Origin: Eledone cirrhosa
Taxonomy: Eukaryota
Direction of reading: 5' to 3'
DNA: 64,000 nt
Assembly: GCA_964016885.1 (NCBI GenBank)
Contig: OZ024743.1
Location: forward strand, 65,162,001-65,226,000
Shown here piece by piece: positions 46,416 through 60,862 of this stretch (its first letter is position 1; every line of letters starts with the position of its first letter). The notes beneath the pieces were generated by a model, which worked only from the letters and a program-made list of their open reading frames with translations, ran no database searches and was not told the origin of the DNA. Position numbers and translations under genes: made by a program.

Positions 46416-49400
46416 CTAAATATAGACGGTGCTGCAAAATTTTTTGGGCCAGTGGACCCTACGACCTGAACGGGTCGTGGTCTTGTAACGTGGCGATTGA
46501 GGTGGTGTAGGGACAGGCAATGATGGTGGTTCAGGAACAGGCGTTCGCTCAACAGGCAAATACGAAGGGGTTCGTGGATCAGGAACCACAGCGTCCATGT
46601 CAAGGTGCGCCTGCTTAAGCCTGTCTATTGTAACTGTCTCCCTGGACCCCTTAATATCTAACGTGAAATGCTTAGCAGAGCGCGCTAAGACACGGTAAGG
46701 TCCAGTGTAAGGCTGTGTGAGCGGGGGCTTCACAGAATCTTTCCTTACAAAGACATGCGTCCACGAGGCAATATCCCTCGGGACAGCAGTCTTGACAGTT
46801 TGTTTCCTAGTGTCCATTGGCGGCAAATCCTGGAAATAGGAGCGCAAACGGGACACGTAGGAAGCGTGATCTTGGGCATCAAGATCGATAGGGGCAAGCA
46901 TTTGCCCGGGCAACGTCAGTACTTCGGCCGGTGAAAATCCAAAGTCGACCTTCACCGTTGACCGAATCCCTAGTAGCACAATAGGGAGGTACTCGCTCCA
47001 ATGCGCCGAGTCCATTGCGGCCATTAAGGAGGCCTTCAGTTGGCGGTGAAAACGCTCCACCATACCAATCGAAGCGGGATGGTACGCCGTAGTTCTAATA
47101 TGTTTAGCACCAATTAATTTTGACAGCTCGAGGAAAAGGCTCGACTCGAACTGTCGTCCACGGTCGGTAGTTATTGTGGATGGAACTCCATAACGAGAGA
47201 TCCATCCAGACACAAGAGCACGTGCTGTTGTCTCCGCGGTGATGTTTTTCAAGGGGATGGCCTCAGGCCATCTCGAAAAACGGTCAATGACGGTCAGCAG
47301 ATAAGAAAAACCATCGCTGACAGGCCAAGGTCCGACTATGTCAATATGAATATGTGAAAAACGCGCATCTGGATTAGCAAAGGTACCCAGGGGAGCCTTG
47401 ACGTGTCGATGGACCTTTGATCTCTGGCAAGCGACGCAGGAACGGCACCAAGCAGCAATTTCACGCCTCATATTTGGCCAGAAAAATCTAGCTGATATGA
47501 GCTTTGCTGTGGCAGAAGATCCTGGATGCGAGATACTATGTAATCCCAGAAACACGGTCCGACGATGATTCTCTGGAACGAAGGGCCTAGGCACGTCCAA
47601 AGAGATGTCGCAGAGAATTTGGCCAACTGCAGTCGACAGAGGCAAGTATTTCATCTCGCAATTCGCAAACTCGGGCGATGTGACATCGGGCGATGTGACT
47701 CAAGGGGAGGCTGATCCGCAGCCAAACAAGTCAGATCTATGTCAGAGGATGACGAGATCGCTGTCATGGGTAAGCGGGACAAAGCATCAGCCGCTGTATT
47801 TAGTGAACCCGGAATGTGCTGGATATCACTCGTATATTGCGAGATGAAATCAAGGTGTCTCGTCTCTCTGGGCGAGTATTTATCAGCCTTCGCTCTCAAA
47901 GCAAAAGTCAATGGTTTATGGTCAGTGAGGATAGTAAATTGTCTACCCTCTAGCACATGTGAAAAATGTTTCACGGCCAAATAGATGGCTAAAAGCTCTC
48001 TTCCAAAGGTGCTGTAGCGCGTCTCAGCAGGATTTAGCTTTTTGGAAAAAAACTCCAGCGGTTGCTGGTAACCATTGATGTTTTGCTGTAGTATTGCGCC
48101 CACAGCGATATCCGATGCATCAACACAAAGCGTTAGCTTTGCACCGGGTACCGGGTGAGTCAGTAACGAAGCATTAACCAAAACAGTTTTGGCGTGCTGA
48201 AAATCAGCAAGTTGAGTGTCTGTTAAAGAAATATCTTTGTTCTTCCTCCGACAATTTTTCAAAATTTCTGTCAGGGAGAAAAGCAATTTTGCACAATTTG
48301 GCACGAAACGCCTATAAAAGTTAACCAGACCTAAGAACTGGCGTAACTGACGTAGTGAGGTCGGTGGAGGCAAATCCTCTATGACCTTAACTCGCTCAGG
48401 CCGGGGTCGAATACTGTCAGCATCGATGACGTGACCCAAGAAAGTCAGTGACTCAGCACCAAAAACACATTTGGGTGCATTAAGCTGCACGTTATACGCC
48501 TTCAATCGGCGGAAAAGAAGATTCAAATGGTGCGTATGCTGCTCTGGAGAAGAACTAGCAATGAGCAGGTCGTCAATATAGGTATAGACGAAATCGAGGC
48601 CGCGAGTAACCTCATCCATAAACCGCTGAAAAGTACTAGCGGCATTCCTTAATCCGAACGGCATAGTCAAAAACTCGAATGACCCAAATGGCGTAACTAT
48701 AGCCGTTTTTGGAATGTCATTTTTATGGACAGGAATTTGATGGTACGCACGAATTAAATCCAGTTTGGAGAATATCTTGCATCCCTGCAACGAAGACGCA
48801 AAGTCTTGCAGATGAGGGATAGGATAACGGTCCGGTACCGTTATCGAATTTAGGCGTCGATGATCTCCAGTAGGTCTCCAATCGCCATTCGCTTTCGGTG
48901 CCATATGTAATGGGGACGCCCACGGGCTCGTGGACGGACGAATAATCCCCATTTGCAGCATATGATCAAACTCTGATCGTGCTGCTTTGAGTTTGTCCGG
49001 AGGCAAGCGACGAGGACGAGAGAAAACGGGAGCACCAGTTGTAGATATGAAGTGCTCCGTGGTATGAGTTGGTTCATCAACTCGAAAATTTCCCCGAGTC
49101 AGTTGCGGGAACGAGTTCAACAATGCATGGAAAGGATCACCGGTGTTAGCAAGAAAAAATGTCGGGCTAACCGTTGGAACTCCTGCTGCCTTGCCAACAA
49201 CAGTTAATCCAGTAATGCCATCAATTAGGCGTTTACGACGAAGGTCCACCGTCGATGAAAAATGGTGGAGAAAATCCGCGCCTAGAATCGGATACGGCAA
49301 GGCAGCGACAGTAAATATCCATTTAAACTCGCGCCGCAGATTACGAAACTGCAAAGGTAACGAGATTTGTCCGAAAGTTCGAATCGGCGAACAATTTACT

Positions 49401-49597
49401 GCCTGCAACTCAATAGGCGTCTCAGGGGGAGTCTCCTTCATACAACACACAGGCCATACGGAACAAACTGCACCTGTGTCAACCAGAAAAGCTCTACCTG
49501 ACAGCAGGTCCTCAATGAAAAAGTGGCGGTTAGATGTTTCGCAGAGCGCACTATCCGCCGTTAGTGACTCTGGTCGTCGTTTCCCTTGTAAGCACAA
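46416..49597 (-). pseudogene. pol: Gypsy Pol (PR DTGA, RT YIDD, RNase H, integrase), frameshift near 47700 before integrase
   Basis: ORFs 47651..49597 and 46416..47654. HHCC zinc finger, HIDIVGP, TDRG, E, GPY motifs. Confidence 0.92.
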
Positions 49598-50358
49598 GGA
49601 GGCCTACAATGGGCGGCTTTTTTACCATATCTGTCATGGTAATAACAATATGGTGTTTCTGGTGTGTTGGAAGGGCTACGATGGCGAGGAGTTGAATAAC
49701 GTCGTGAGCGGCTCCTCTGCCGTCCAAAAGACCTGAATTCCTGGCACAACTCCGCCATTTGACGAGTCATGGCTTCCATTGTGGTGATTAATTTGTCATC
49801 AGACGCTGATGAGCGTGATTGAGGAAGAGAAGAGGAAGCAACGTACTTTGGCTTCGAAGTGTCTCTCTTCGTCACCTCTACAATTTTGTCAGCAGAGACA
49901 GCAATGTGGTCGAGGGTATTCACCTCTAGCATATGGGCTAGGATCGCCTGTACCTCTTGAGGTAGGCGAGAGAAGAACAATTGCTTCAGGAAAGGGCTAT
50001 CCTGATCTTGGGAATCGCTCAAATCCCGCAAATGCCAGAGAAAAGCGGTAGGGGTCCTGTCACCTAATCGTTCGTCCTCGATCAATGACCGAAAACGACT
50101 CTCTACCGACTTACAATTCCTTCTCAAAATCTCGCCCTTCAAAGACTCATACGTCAAGTCAGAGGGGGGGGGGTCTGTAATTAGGTCTTGGACCGAATCT
50201 GCTAGATTAGGGGGAAGGCCGCTAATCAGTACAGCGAGGCGCTGGTCAGATTCGGTCTTACAGACCGTAAAATACGCCTGTAACTGGGCAAACCACATCT
50301 TAGGTTTTCCAGTAAAGGCGGGCAAATGTGGCACATTCATGTTAACGTTTAAAATCAA
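49561..50358 (-). CDS. gag: Gypsy Gag
   Basis: [29 protein letters not shown] knuckle-like motif. Confidence 0.88.
   Translation of the reverse strand: MILNVNMNVPHLPAFTGKPKMWFAQLQAYFTVCKTESDQRLAVLISGLPPNLADSVQDLITDPPPSDLTYESLKGEILRRNCKSVESRFRSLIEDERLGDRTPTAFLWHLRDLSDSQDQDSPFLKQLFFSRLPQEVQAILAHMLEVNTLDHIAVSADKIVEVTKRDTSKPKYVASSSLPQSRSSASDDKLITTMEAMTRQMAELCQEFRSFGRQRSRSRRYSTPRHRSPSNTPETPYCYYHDRYGKKAAHCRPPCAYKGNDDQSH
49579..49585 (-). promoter_or_regulatory. Gag-pol -1 slippery site G GGA AAC
   Basis: Lies in the gag/pol overlap at codons AAG GGA AAC. Confidence 0.75.
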
Positions 50359-51206
50359 AAAAAATATATATACATATATATCTAAACAGCAATTAATGTA
50401 CCCTTGTACAGTAAAAAGAGAACAGCCAATATTGAGAAAAAGTTAAAGGGCAAAAAGAAACACATTCAAAACATTAGGAAATATGAAAAATACATAAAAT
50501 ACATATATATATCTTTTAAAAAAAAATTTTCCTTCAACGTCTGTCCCCTCGCGTTGCTTCAACGAACCAGCCAAATCAAATAAGGTAAAAAAGAGGAGAA
50601 AAAAAAAATTTTTGTTTTTTAAAATATATCCACGTTGGATATCAACAAAGGTAGCCAGTGGCTAAAAATCCCTTAGAAAAAGGTAAGGCATGTATATCCC
50701 CATGCAGGGCAGTAATGTTCACAAAAAAAAGTTTCTTCTCTTCTCTCTTGATCAGTCATGGAACACACACGCAATTCAAAAAATGTGTTCGTCGGAAAAT
50801 TACAAAACTGGGAAGGAACGCAACGCCACTTTTCTTTTTTTTTTTGTAAGTTGCGAAAAAGTTGGCAACGGCAATGAAATATTCAAGTGAATAAAAAAAA
50901 AAGGCTGCTCTAAATTATTTACATGAATGAATCGTTTTGATATTTCCGATGTGTGGTGGTTTGCGTCGGTAAGGCTATGAAGCTGCCACTCACTATTCCC
51001 TGTTTTGGTCAGTGGTTAAACAATGTTGTCGCTGCTGCTGCTGTCGTTGTTGTTGTCGAGTGTAGCAAAAAGTTTTTGAAATACTACTAATTTTTCAAAA
51101 AAAACTTTGAAAGGAATATATTGTATCTTCGCAAGTTGCGAAAAAGGCCAGCAATGTGGCAATAAAAGTCCAACTGAATGAAAAAGAAGGGCTGCGTTAA
51201 ATTCTT

Positions 51207-51219
51207 ACGTCGGTCACCA
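51207..51219 (-). promoter_or_regulatory. Primer-binding site, tRNA-Trp-like
   Basis: TGGTGACCGACGT one base after the 5' LTR; resembles TGGTGACCCCGACGT lacking two C. Confidence 0.7.
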
Positions 51220-52697
51220 CTTTAGCAGTATTAGTTATAGATGTTATCGAGATACGAGTGACATAATAATGATTTCAACAGCAGAAATTAGAGAGGAAAT
51301 ATACGTTTATTTTTGATGTAGCACAAACAATGGTGTGGTACAGAGGCTGGTTTCTTGCGTGTGATCAGTCGGCTTTCCAGTGGCTGTCTGTCTTTGCTTT
51401 CTCGCATTCTCAACCGGCGTTCTATCAAGTGGCGTGAGGCGTCTTACTACAGTAGTTTCATTTCTCCAAGTTTATATAACGAGGAATTTCAAGTAACTTT
51501 CTATTAATTTCCAGTACCTTCCATTCATTATCATTAATTTCAATCTTTTTTAGTGTAGACACCTTTTCATCCCCACCATATGCTCTTTGGAGGAACTATT
51601 TATATGTATTTTGCTCTTCTCGAATCACCATTTTGACATCCTACATTGTTTATCTCTACTGTTACTACTGGTTATTTATATGTCCATGACTTGCTCATAC
51701 CAGTAATACACCCGTGAATAGCATGAATGTTACACTATTGAGGAGGCCTTATCAATAATATTTCCTTTTCAACCTACTGTGGTTTGTATTTACAAGGAGT
51801 CGTACATATGTAATATTAATCCAGCTTCACGTATCAAAAGAGTCTTTTTTGTTAAAAACTAAGTTTGGCTCCTGAGAAATTTTTAGTAAAATGAGACAAT
51901 GCTGATATCACCCCCTTCCCCTACCATCACCACAAAAAAAAAATTAATACTCAAGTTGTTTGAAACATATATTCTAGAACATGATTGTTGAATTTTATAT
52001 CTTCAGACCATATATTTCCTGTATAATATAAATAAAAATTACACATACTCTTGGGTCCCAAATAATAGGTGTGAAGCATAACAAACTGAGATTTTATCCC
52101 AGTATCCTGTTTAAGACACCACCTATTAAGGAGACCTTATAAATATTTCCTTGAAGGACATAAAAATAATTCCTAAAAACAGTGATGTCAGCAAGAATAT
52201 CCATGAATGGCAGTGAAAGTGAAATAATTACATCTATTCAGTTTATAACAAATTATGAAGGTGAACTTATGAAATACTACAAAAACACAATCTTGTGGTT
52301 CTATAGCAATACTTCTAGGATTATGTTTTACCTGGCATTTCTTAATACATGTATTTTTAACCAATATACAATAAATATATATTGTTTTTTCTAATAATCT
52401 AATATCTATGAAACTACTAGCCTTAAAATATGATATTTTATAAAAACCATATGCAAGAGTTTAGTATTTTAAAATCTAAATGTGATGATGAAAATTTCAG
52501 CCATCCATTCCTGCATTACTTGAGTGTTGTGTGATGGTGTAGTGTGTTGCTGAAGCACATTAGACCTCCCATTACATTGTTCTATAATTTTGACACTGCC
52601 TGGGACTTCCCTTCTCTCTGAGGGGTAATACCAGTGAGTGAGTCCACTCTATAGGCCACTATTTTGTTCCAAAATCTGCTGGCATATATATATATAT

Positions 52698-54840
52698 TAG
52701 GGTGGCCTTTAGCAATAGGTAATTTTCCAAAAGTTTTCTGCTCCCGCGCTCTAATCCTGTTCCAATCAACAAAAGAACAGGGTGTGCAAAATTTCAGCTC
52801 ACTTGGATAACTTCGGCGACCCTGAAACGCCTTGAAGTTGGAACATAGTACACACAATGATTAATTCTGTTCCAAGGTGGTATACTGTTCTCTATGTCGC
52901 CCATTTTCTTTTTTCTTCTTTGAGAAATTTATGTGAACACATCCAGGCAATCCCAGCAAATGGTGAAAAACATTCTGAATCAAATCTATCAATAGTTAAT
53001 TTGAAAAATTCCGGAAATAACATGAAAAACTTAGGAAATATTAGGTTTTCTTAATAAACAAGACAACTTCTATAAGAGAAATGCATTTTTATTTACAACA
53101 ATAATTTGTATCGAATCAAAAACATAATGATGAATGTGAACACTGAACATTACTTTTGCATAAGAGAGGATTTTGTGGCAGTTGGTTATGTTTTATGGTC
53201 TTCAGTAACGATCTGTAAAACAAATTGTTTCTCAGTTTCATCTTTTGTGAGAATGTTATTGTAATCCTGAATGAGTTTGACACCTCTTTCTGTAACATCA
53301 TTCACAACAACTGTCTTCTCAAGTTTTTCAAGTCTGCTTTTGTAACCAGGATCATCCTATCATGTTGAAGGGTCTTTGACAAGGTAATTGGTGTTGATAG
53401 AAAATCTCGTGAAGAAAGTTTTTGTACCAGGAGTTACAAAAGACGAAAACTCGATGTTTGTAAAAGAAGAAAAGTCATTTTGGTGCAGAATGTACCTCTT
53501 CAGTTGATTTTTTTTCTTCTCCCTCCTCTTCACCTTAGCTTCCAGTATAACTTGAGCAATATTTGCCTTAACCTCTGTTGGAACATTGTCATCAAATATG
53601 GATAGAACCACAGTTTCGGGAGCTAACTACCTGAGATGACTGGAAAATTTTTTCGCACCAGCCTTACTGATATCTGGATCAATATCCTGATAATTTATCA
53701 GTTGACGCATGAATAGGAAATCATGATAAGGTGCTTTAATTGCTTTTGATGACAGAAACCAGGCTCGAATGTACACACGAGCAAGAAAAATACTTCTTAA
53801 AGAGGTCTTCTCCCCAGGAGATAACTGAAATTGATCTTGAAACAGGTATATCTTGAATGCATAAATTGTTTTTGACACCCACCTAGCATGACTTACAGCT
53901 CCTGGTGTACGAAACGATATCCTTCTTCAGAAAGCCACCAAGAAAAATCATCGTTAACTCCAACAATTCTTGGCAATCATCTCACAGTTGTTTCTGCGTA
54001 GAAAGGTGGTATTCAAGAAATCCAAGAATGGTAGAGCAGACATCATCAGGTACTTCATTGCTACCAGTTATGTAAACCTTCTAGTTGAGTTTCGTCCAGG
54101 TTTCTCTAAATCTTTTGAAAAATGCCATGTCTGAACCAGAAGTTGCACCCATCAGTGAGTCGAAACAGTTCCTCAAAACTAACTAAAAAATGTGATTTGC
54201 GATTGAACAATTTTTCTAGATTTGACCAGGCACCATTTACTCGACTTGTGTTGCTTGCTGTCGTATCACCGCAAGTGCCTGCACTTTGTTGGTTATACCC
54301 CACTTTTCCACTGCTTGGTAAACAGCCATGGCTTACTGTTCTCCTGAAGATGTTGGAATTTCAGGAACTGCCAACAACTGCTCCTTGCCTTGAAAAGTTA
54401 CTATTATTGCCAGTCTATCAACCTTTTCAACGCCTGTGAGTGCTGGGAGCAGCTTTTCATCTCAGTGTAACACTAATTCTTGACAGTTGTTTAGGTTAAA
54501 TTTGTGCTGTATTTCTGTGTCTCACTTCTCTAAATTTTTCTCTAAGGCGTTGAAAAGAAGTGTGATTTATTACCAGCTTTTCAGTATCACGCCCAAAAGC
54601 CTCTGCAGCAGCCATTAATATGTAAATCCCATTTCTGTCAGTGATTTTGCACCTATCAAAATCTTCAGAGAGATGGAGAGTAAAAAACTGCAATGTACCT
54701 CGAGTTGCTGGAACTGGATGACGGCGAAAAATAGGTGTTTGGCCTGTAGCTGCGCTCTGTCTCCAGCTTTGCAAGTTGTCTTCTCCATTATATTTATTGT
54801 CACTTATTCTTCTAATACCAAGAATAAGTCTGAACAAGTT
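52698..54840 (-). mobile_element. hATm-type DNA transposon, degenerate
   Basis: Terminus TAGGGTG at 52698. Fragments DTTASNT, FRTPGAVSHARWVSKTIY, VVNDVTERGVKLIQDYN. Confidence 0.78.
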
Positions 54841-54999
54841 TTTAATTTACACACGCACTCATACACGCATATACTTTCATACATATAATTATACACATGC
54901 ATACACATACACACATATCTATACATACATAAGTACACACATATACATATACACACGGACATATACACACGCACACATACACATAGTCACCCACATATA

Positions 55000-57230
55000 T
55001 ACATATATGGGTGGGTTCAAAAGTAAAAGGATAAAAAAGAGTGCAATTATATATAGAAAGAAGTGTTCGATGCATTGTATAAAAATAACTCAGTAAAGGA
55101 AATGAAGAAGTCAATTAGTGAATAATATAGGTGTAATACAAAATGAGTTGAATGTGTATCATGGGTGTGTTGAAAGTATGAGTTCGTGTTGGATATGAGT
55201 CTAGGGTAGTTAGTATAAGAGAAAGTGTTCAAGGTGATGAGTGTCCAAAATGGTGTTATGATTATTCCAACGGGAAAGGAGATGAGTTCTTATGTGGGCA
55301 AATTAAAAAAATTTCAGAATTTGAATTAAGACAAGTATTGGGAGATTTCGGATTTTGTAGAATCCTATATTTTTCTGTTACACACACAAAGTACATCTTC
55401 TTGGGCCTTTTTCATATTTTTTTGATAGGTCTAAAACAGACCTATCAATTTCTTATGGGATCCCACACTCTGTTTACCAGCGGCGTAGTTCTCTTTTTTT
55501 ACTGGTGTTGGAAGGAAGTGACATGTGTATAATATCTTTTTTTTTAAGTATCCTGGGTCATGCCTACATATCGCTCCCCAGTAGCTGGTTGGTTGGTGTT
55601 AACAGGTCTTATAGTTGCCTCGTATACAACAGATCTAATGTTGTATTTGCCTTGTAATTGACATTCACCTGCATTTCTGCATGAACATCGTGGGATTCCT
55701 CTGTGTGTTTTTCCGGTGGTGATTTTGGATAGCTAATCTTGAAAAAGTTTCTATTAAAAATTTTATTATATTTATGGTGATGGGGAAAATGCTTATCTAC
55801 TAATTCAAGAAACTTTCTACCTACATTAGTTTTAACTGCTAAATAAAAGGGTGGTGTGAACCAGATTATTTTTCTTTTCTTATTATGTTTAAAAGTATTA
55901 GTAGGGTTAGAAATATATTTAATTTGTTCATTAAATCCTCTATTTTTAAGGGCTTTATTATAGTAAGGGGCTGCTTTATTAAATATTTCTTCAGAAGAAG
56001 AGAGGGTAGATATCCTACAGCTAATATTAGGGATGGAGATTTTAAGGCATGATTGTTTATATATTTTAGATTTTCATTAGGTTTATGGTAAGGTTTAAAA
56101 GAAGCAGTAAGTAAATCAAGATTAATATCGAGGAAATTGGTGTTGGATAGATTTGTATCTGTAGTCATTTTAAGGTTTAGATTAGAAAATTTTTTTATTA
56201 AATCTTTACGAAATGTGCCATTGGTGGTATGAGAGACTGCTAGTCCGTCATCTCGATATAAACCGATAGTATGATTGGGGAATTTCTCTTTTAGTGTGTC
56301 GAGGAGGAATAAGCTGACTAAATCGCATACATCGGCACTATCAAAAGAACCCATTGAGACATCAAAAGTGAAGCTTTTCTAGCATGCAAAATTATATCCT
56401 CTTCTAGTTCCGATATATCAGTAAATTGTTTAGCAAATTCTAATGCTTTGGCTAATAAGGAGTGAGTGATAGAAGGGTAGAAGTCTACTATATCAAATTG
56501 AGTGAATCTTGACATATTTTTCTCTGGTATATTATTAAACCAAGATATCACTGAAGATATATTTAACCATTGATAATTCTGTTTTACTTCTTATTTTGTT
56601 TGATGATGTTTCTTAAGATTGTTATACTGGCAAGACCAAATTTCTGATTTAGCAGGGTTAATGAGTCTACAACTAGGTTTGTTATTGAAATCTACTTTAT
56701 GGTCTTTCAGTATAATATAGGCTTTCAGTTCTATTGTCTATTTTAAATTTACTTGTAATATCTTTAGCTTCATTATTTATATTATTATAGGTGTTATTTT
56801 TGGCTTTTTGATATTTGGTAGTAATTCTATCAGTTAAGAGTTGGTTATATAAATGGTTATTTACTTCATATAAGTTTTTAGTTTTATCGGAAAATACAAA
56901 CTTATTATTAGAAGACTTAATATTAGAAATATCATTAGCAAGTTTAGTTTGAAAATTATTATTGTACTTACAAAATTTTAGTTGGTTGATCATATTAACT
57001 AAGTCTGATTCAAAGGGGGCCATAACTTTAACTCTTGGTGGGTATTTACATGACTTGATGTCAAAGTAATCCTTTGAATTTGTGCTGAACTGTCTGTCAA
57101 ATATCATAGCTTTCCATCTCATTCTTTGTACAACACTCTCAACTTTCTCAATCAGCATTTTAGTGAAAGAAGCATTAGAAGGTGTCGGAATGTTTTTAAT
57201 AGAGTAATCCATTTCATATATTTCCATTGT
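55000..57230 (-). mobile_element. Degenerate AT-rich Hydra-type PLE
   Basis: MDYSIKNIP, SDKTKN, FDIVDFYPSI, MGSFDSADVCDLV, GLYRDDGL, and GIY-YIG remnants at about 55300-55690. Confidence 0.85.
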
Positions 57231-57233
57231 TGG

Positions 57234-60191
57234 TTAATTGAAAAGTCTCCATGCTGCCTCATTGCTGCTAATATATCGAACCATCTGGTAACATATTTGC
57301 TCATCATTTTTATCTATATCTTTTAGCCCAAACATTGCCATATCAGATCCCTTATTTATATACTTACAAACATACTTGATTGATTTGACAGAATTGCAAA
57401 ATTCCACATTGATATACACATTGAAAATTTTGCACAATATTTGACTATATGGAACAATCCACCTGTTATCAATTTCTAACTGACAATTCTGTTGTACTCT
57501 AATGCTTGCTCTGAATCCTCCCTGGCAGGGTTTACGACGTCTGTAGAGTGGATAACCATCATATCCCGTTTGAGTTTCATCCAAAAATTTCCTGTGGATA
57601 GTCTTTGGTGCACTTACCATCCACCATACAAATAGAATTGAAATTTATTGTACCACACACCATGAACCATCTGTGTTTTTACAGTTTCAAATAGTTCTGG
57701 GTCTCTTTCTGGATCTGGTAATTCAGCACTAATGATGGTATCAATTTGGTCGAGATGAATTTTTTCATTTAACCAAAACAGCATATGTGCACGAGGAAGG
57801 CCCTCTTTTGCCATTCAATAGTGTACATATGAGAAATAGTTGGTCCAAAAATGGCAATGTTTGTGTTTGGGATCAGATAAACCATTTTCAGAACTTTTTG
57901 AAGAAACACTCTTGCAATAATATATTGTTGATGATTAGGTTCTTGACCTGGAAGAAGGTTAGATTTTATTTCCTCCGATTTAGGATTGCAGGTAAAAGTG
58001 ACAAAAAAGATCTGGTTTTCCATATGTCCTGACATATCATAGCATCTTGTGTTCGTTCATGCATCTATCGAGGACCACCTGTGAATGGTGATAGGAGGAT
58101 AAGTTGCCCCATGTTTTGAATATCACCATTTGTTCTGAGAGCATCTTGGAGATAAACATAATTTTCAGCCCTTAACTTTTTTTTCATTGTTACAAATGTA
58201 GAGGAGACGCTCATTTTCAACTTTAGCATACATATCAACCAGGTATTGATGAATTAGATCACGATACATGTGTGGAATTGATTTGATTGTTCTGGTCTTA
58301 CCATCTGTTAGTGAGAATAGAAGTCATTTGACGACACCATTTTGTTTGTAATTGGCTCTCCTGTTGTAGGTTCAATCTGTGGAATATTGAAATGATACCC
58401 ATCTTATCCATTCCACAGAATAAGAGGATACTGGAGAGCATCATAAGAGGGATGAGTCTCTGAAACATGTTTAAAGTTATCTCGAGCACAAATGAGAATA
58501 TCATGATTTGCATGGGGATCACCTACCACCATAAGGATGGCTACTTCATTAGATGTGGGCTCATTAAAATGACGTACATGTTTACCATGGGGTCGTTTGT
58601 CAGCGCAGATAACAATTTGATAATCACCTTGAAGTTGTTCAATAACTGTTTTAAAGGCTTGAACCAGGGCATTGTTTTCATGCAACATATTTTGCAATTG
58701 ATGAACAATGTTTCTATCCAATGTTTCTGAAGTTTTGACACTTCCTTCGGGTTTGTTGTTCTATGTGACTCATAAAGTAAATTTGGAGGAACTTTGGTTG
58801 TTCATTTATGGGCAACAGAGAACCAATGAGGTGATAGACTTGCCCTTGAACTTTGAATGGCGGATAAATCCATGTTCAACTATCTCCTTAGATGCACCAA
58901 ACGATGTCATTTGAAATGCAGAGTTGTATTATCTAATATTGTTCAGAAAATCCTTTGACTGGATGGAAGTACGTTCCAGAAGATCCATAAGAGGTTGGGG
59001 AGGAGCTGGTAGTGCTGGCAATCTTACCTTACCACGTGAGCAGCACATGCCATTTGTTTTATTTAGAAATTTTAAAGCTTTGCAGAAACGACAATTTTAG
59101 TTTAGCACACCAATTTGGACAGAATTATCATTTTTATAAGAATGGGAGGGATCATATTTTAAAGCAGCTCCAGGAGTTGTGAACAACGAATTTGTACGTG
59201 GGCTGTTTCTGAGAGCTATTCTATTGGACCTATGTCTAATCTGGCGTGCTAAATGTTGTTTTAATGATTCAGTATTAAGTGTTGCAGCATGCCTTTGCTG
59301 ATCTTGAGAAAGTCTTATCTCCTTTCTGTCTAGAAACTCCATTTAACGTGCTGCAGCATACTTTTGCTGATCTTGAGAAAGTCTCATCTCCCTTCTCTCT
59401 TGAGACTCTCACCTTCGGTTCTCTTCAATCCTCCTTACTTTATATGTGTTTCTTGAGAGATTACCTATTTTCTTTTGTGGCATATTTCTTTCCAATATTG
59501 TAAACAAATAATTATCAACATATAAAAACAGATACAGTTGTGTATATGTAGTATGTCTCTATTTTTGTATGCAGTTTAAATTAACCTTATACAAAATGTG
59601 ACGTCCTCGTCGTGGTGGTGGTATAAAATGTTGTGAAACCTACCACTTCATTTATTTTGTGTCAAGAGTTTTACCTCCAGCCGTTTGTTATGTCAGTTAA
59701 ACACACACACCCACACATACACCCACACACATACACACCCACACACATACACTCACACACATACACCCACACACATACACTCACACATACACCCACACAC
59801 ACACACATCCACACCCACACACACTCACACACACTTACACACACACACTCACACACACATACACTTACACATACACTCACACACATTATGTATGTGTGTG
59901 TGTGTTTAATTCTCTGAGGCCTAACGTAGGTAACGAACTCACAGACACATACACACTCATATACAAAATGTGACGTTGTCCTGGTGGTAGTATAAAATGT
60001 CCTTTAGTTGACTATAGAAAAATTATTTTAGATAAAATGTTATTTTGTTTTAATCGAAATGAAATAAAATTACATGTTGACACTACCGCAGTCTAATAAT
60101 ATTACCTTGTAAAATTTGATTTGATTTGGTCGAGACGTTTGAGAATGCATAGAAACAGACAGAGAGACAAAGAATTTTATATATATAGAGA
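57234..60191 (-). mobile_element. Helitron 5' half (Rep domain), degenerate
   Basis: 5' A|TC-TCTATATATATAAAA terminus at 60191. RLSQDQQ repeats, CCSRGKV, SAFQMTSFG, FVTFTCNP, EWQKR, MVHG, GYPLYRRR, INVE. Confidence 0.88.
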
Positions 60192-60694
60192 TTATTAAGA
60201 TAGTAACTTAATGTATGATTCTTATATAAAATTGTATTGGAGTGGGTGGCTTTCATAGAATCAGAACTGGTTTGGCAGGATTGGTAACTAGAGGGTTAAA
60301 ATTGTTGAAGTTTATATCTTCAGACCATACATTTCTTGTATAATATAATTAAAAAGTACACATACTCTCGGATCCCAAATAATAGGTGGTGGTGGTGGTG
60401 GTTGGAAAATTGGTAATTTTTCTAGGTTGTTGCTGTTGATATTTTTAAAAAATCAGAATTAGTCTTTTAGTTTACATATTGAGACCCCAACCCATCCTAT
60501 TTATTTTATAAAGTATGGGGTTTCCTAGTAATGTACCTTTTTTTTGTCATGTGTTATGTTTTATAATGGGCTTTTTAGTTTTAGGGTAGTTAGAATTTTT
60601 GAATATAATACCTGTATGTATATCTTCTCAATTCTTATTACTTGCACCATGTCAACTTTGATATATAGCTCAACCTGTCCTCAGTGAATTTTAA

Positions 60695-60862
60695 CCCTTT
60701 AGCATTTAAACCGGCCATATCTAGCCAGAATTCTCTCACCTCTTTCTGTTAAAACTGGCTGTAACCGGCTGCATATACTGATATTAAGGTATTGTTCTCA
60801 AAATAAATATCAAAATCTCATAGATTCGATATTATGTGAGATAAAGCCTTTATTGTGAAAAT
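60695..60862 (+). mobile_element. Partial piggyBac-type MITE (same family as 63139-63347, opposite orientation)
   Basis: TTAA|CCCTTTAGCATTTAAAC..gaattctctcacctctttctgtt. Confidence 0.7.

Larger units (their letters stand above)
45947..51451 (-). mobile_element. Full-length Ty3/Gypsy LTR retrotransposon
   Basis: Near-identical LTRs at 45947-46180 and 51221-51451. 4-bp TSD GTAG. PBS TGGTGACCGACGT. Order gag-PR-RT-RH-IN. Confidence 0.96.

Noticed and set aside
32278-60191. One giant Helitron joining the 5' half (57234-60191) and 3' half (32278-35870)
   Set aside because: Both halves contain the same INVEFCN..SIKY..NKGSD segment with clearly different nucleotide sequence and composition, so they are separate copies.
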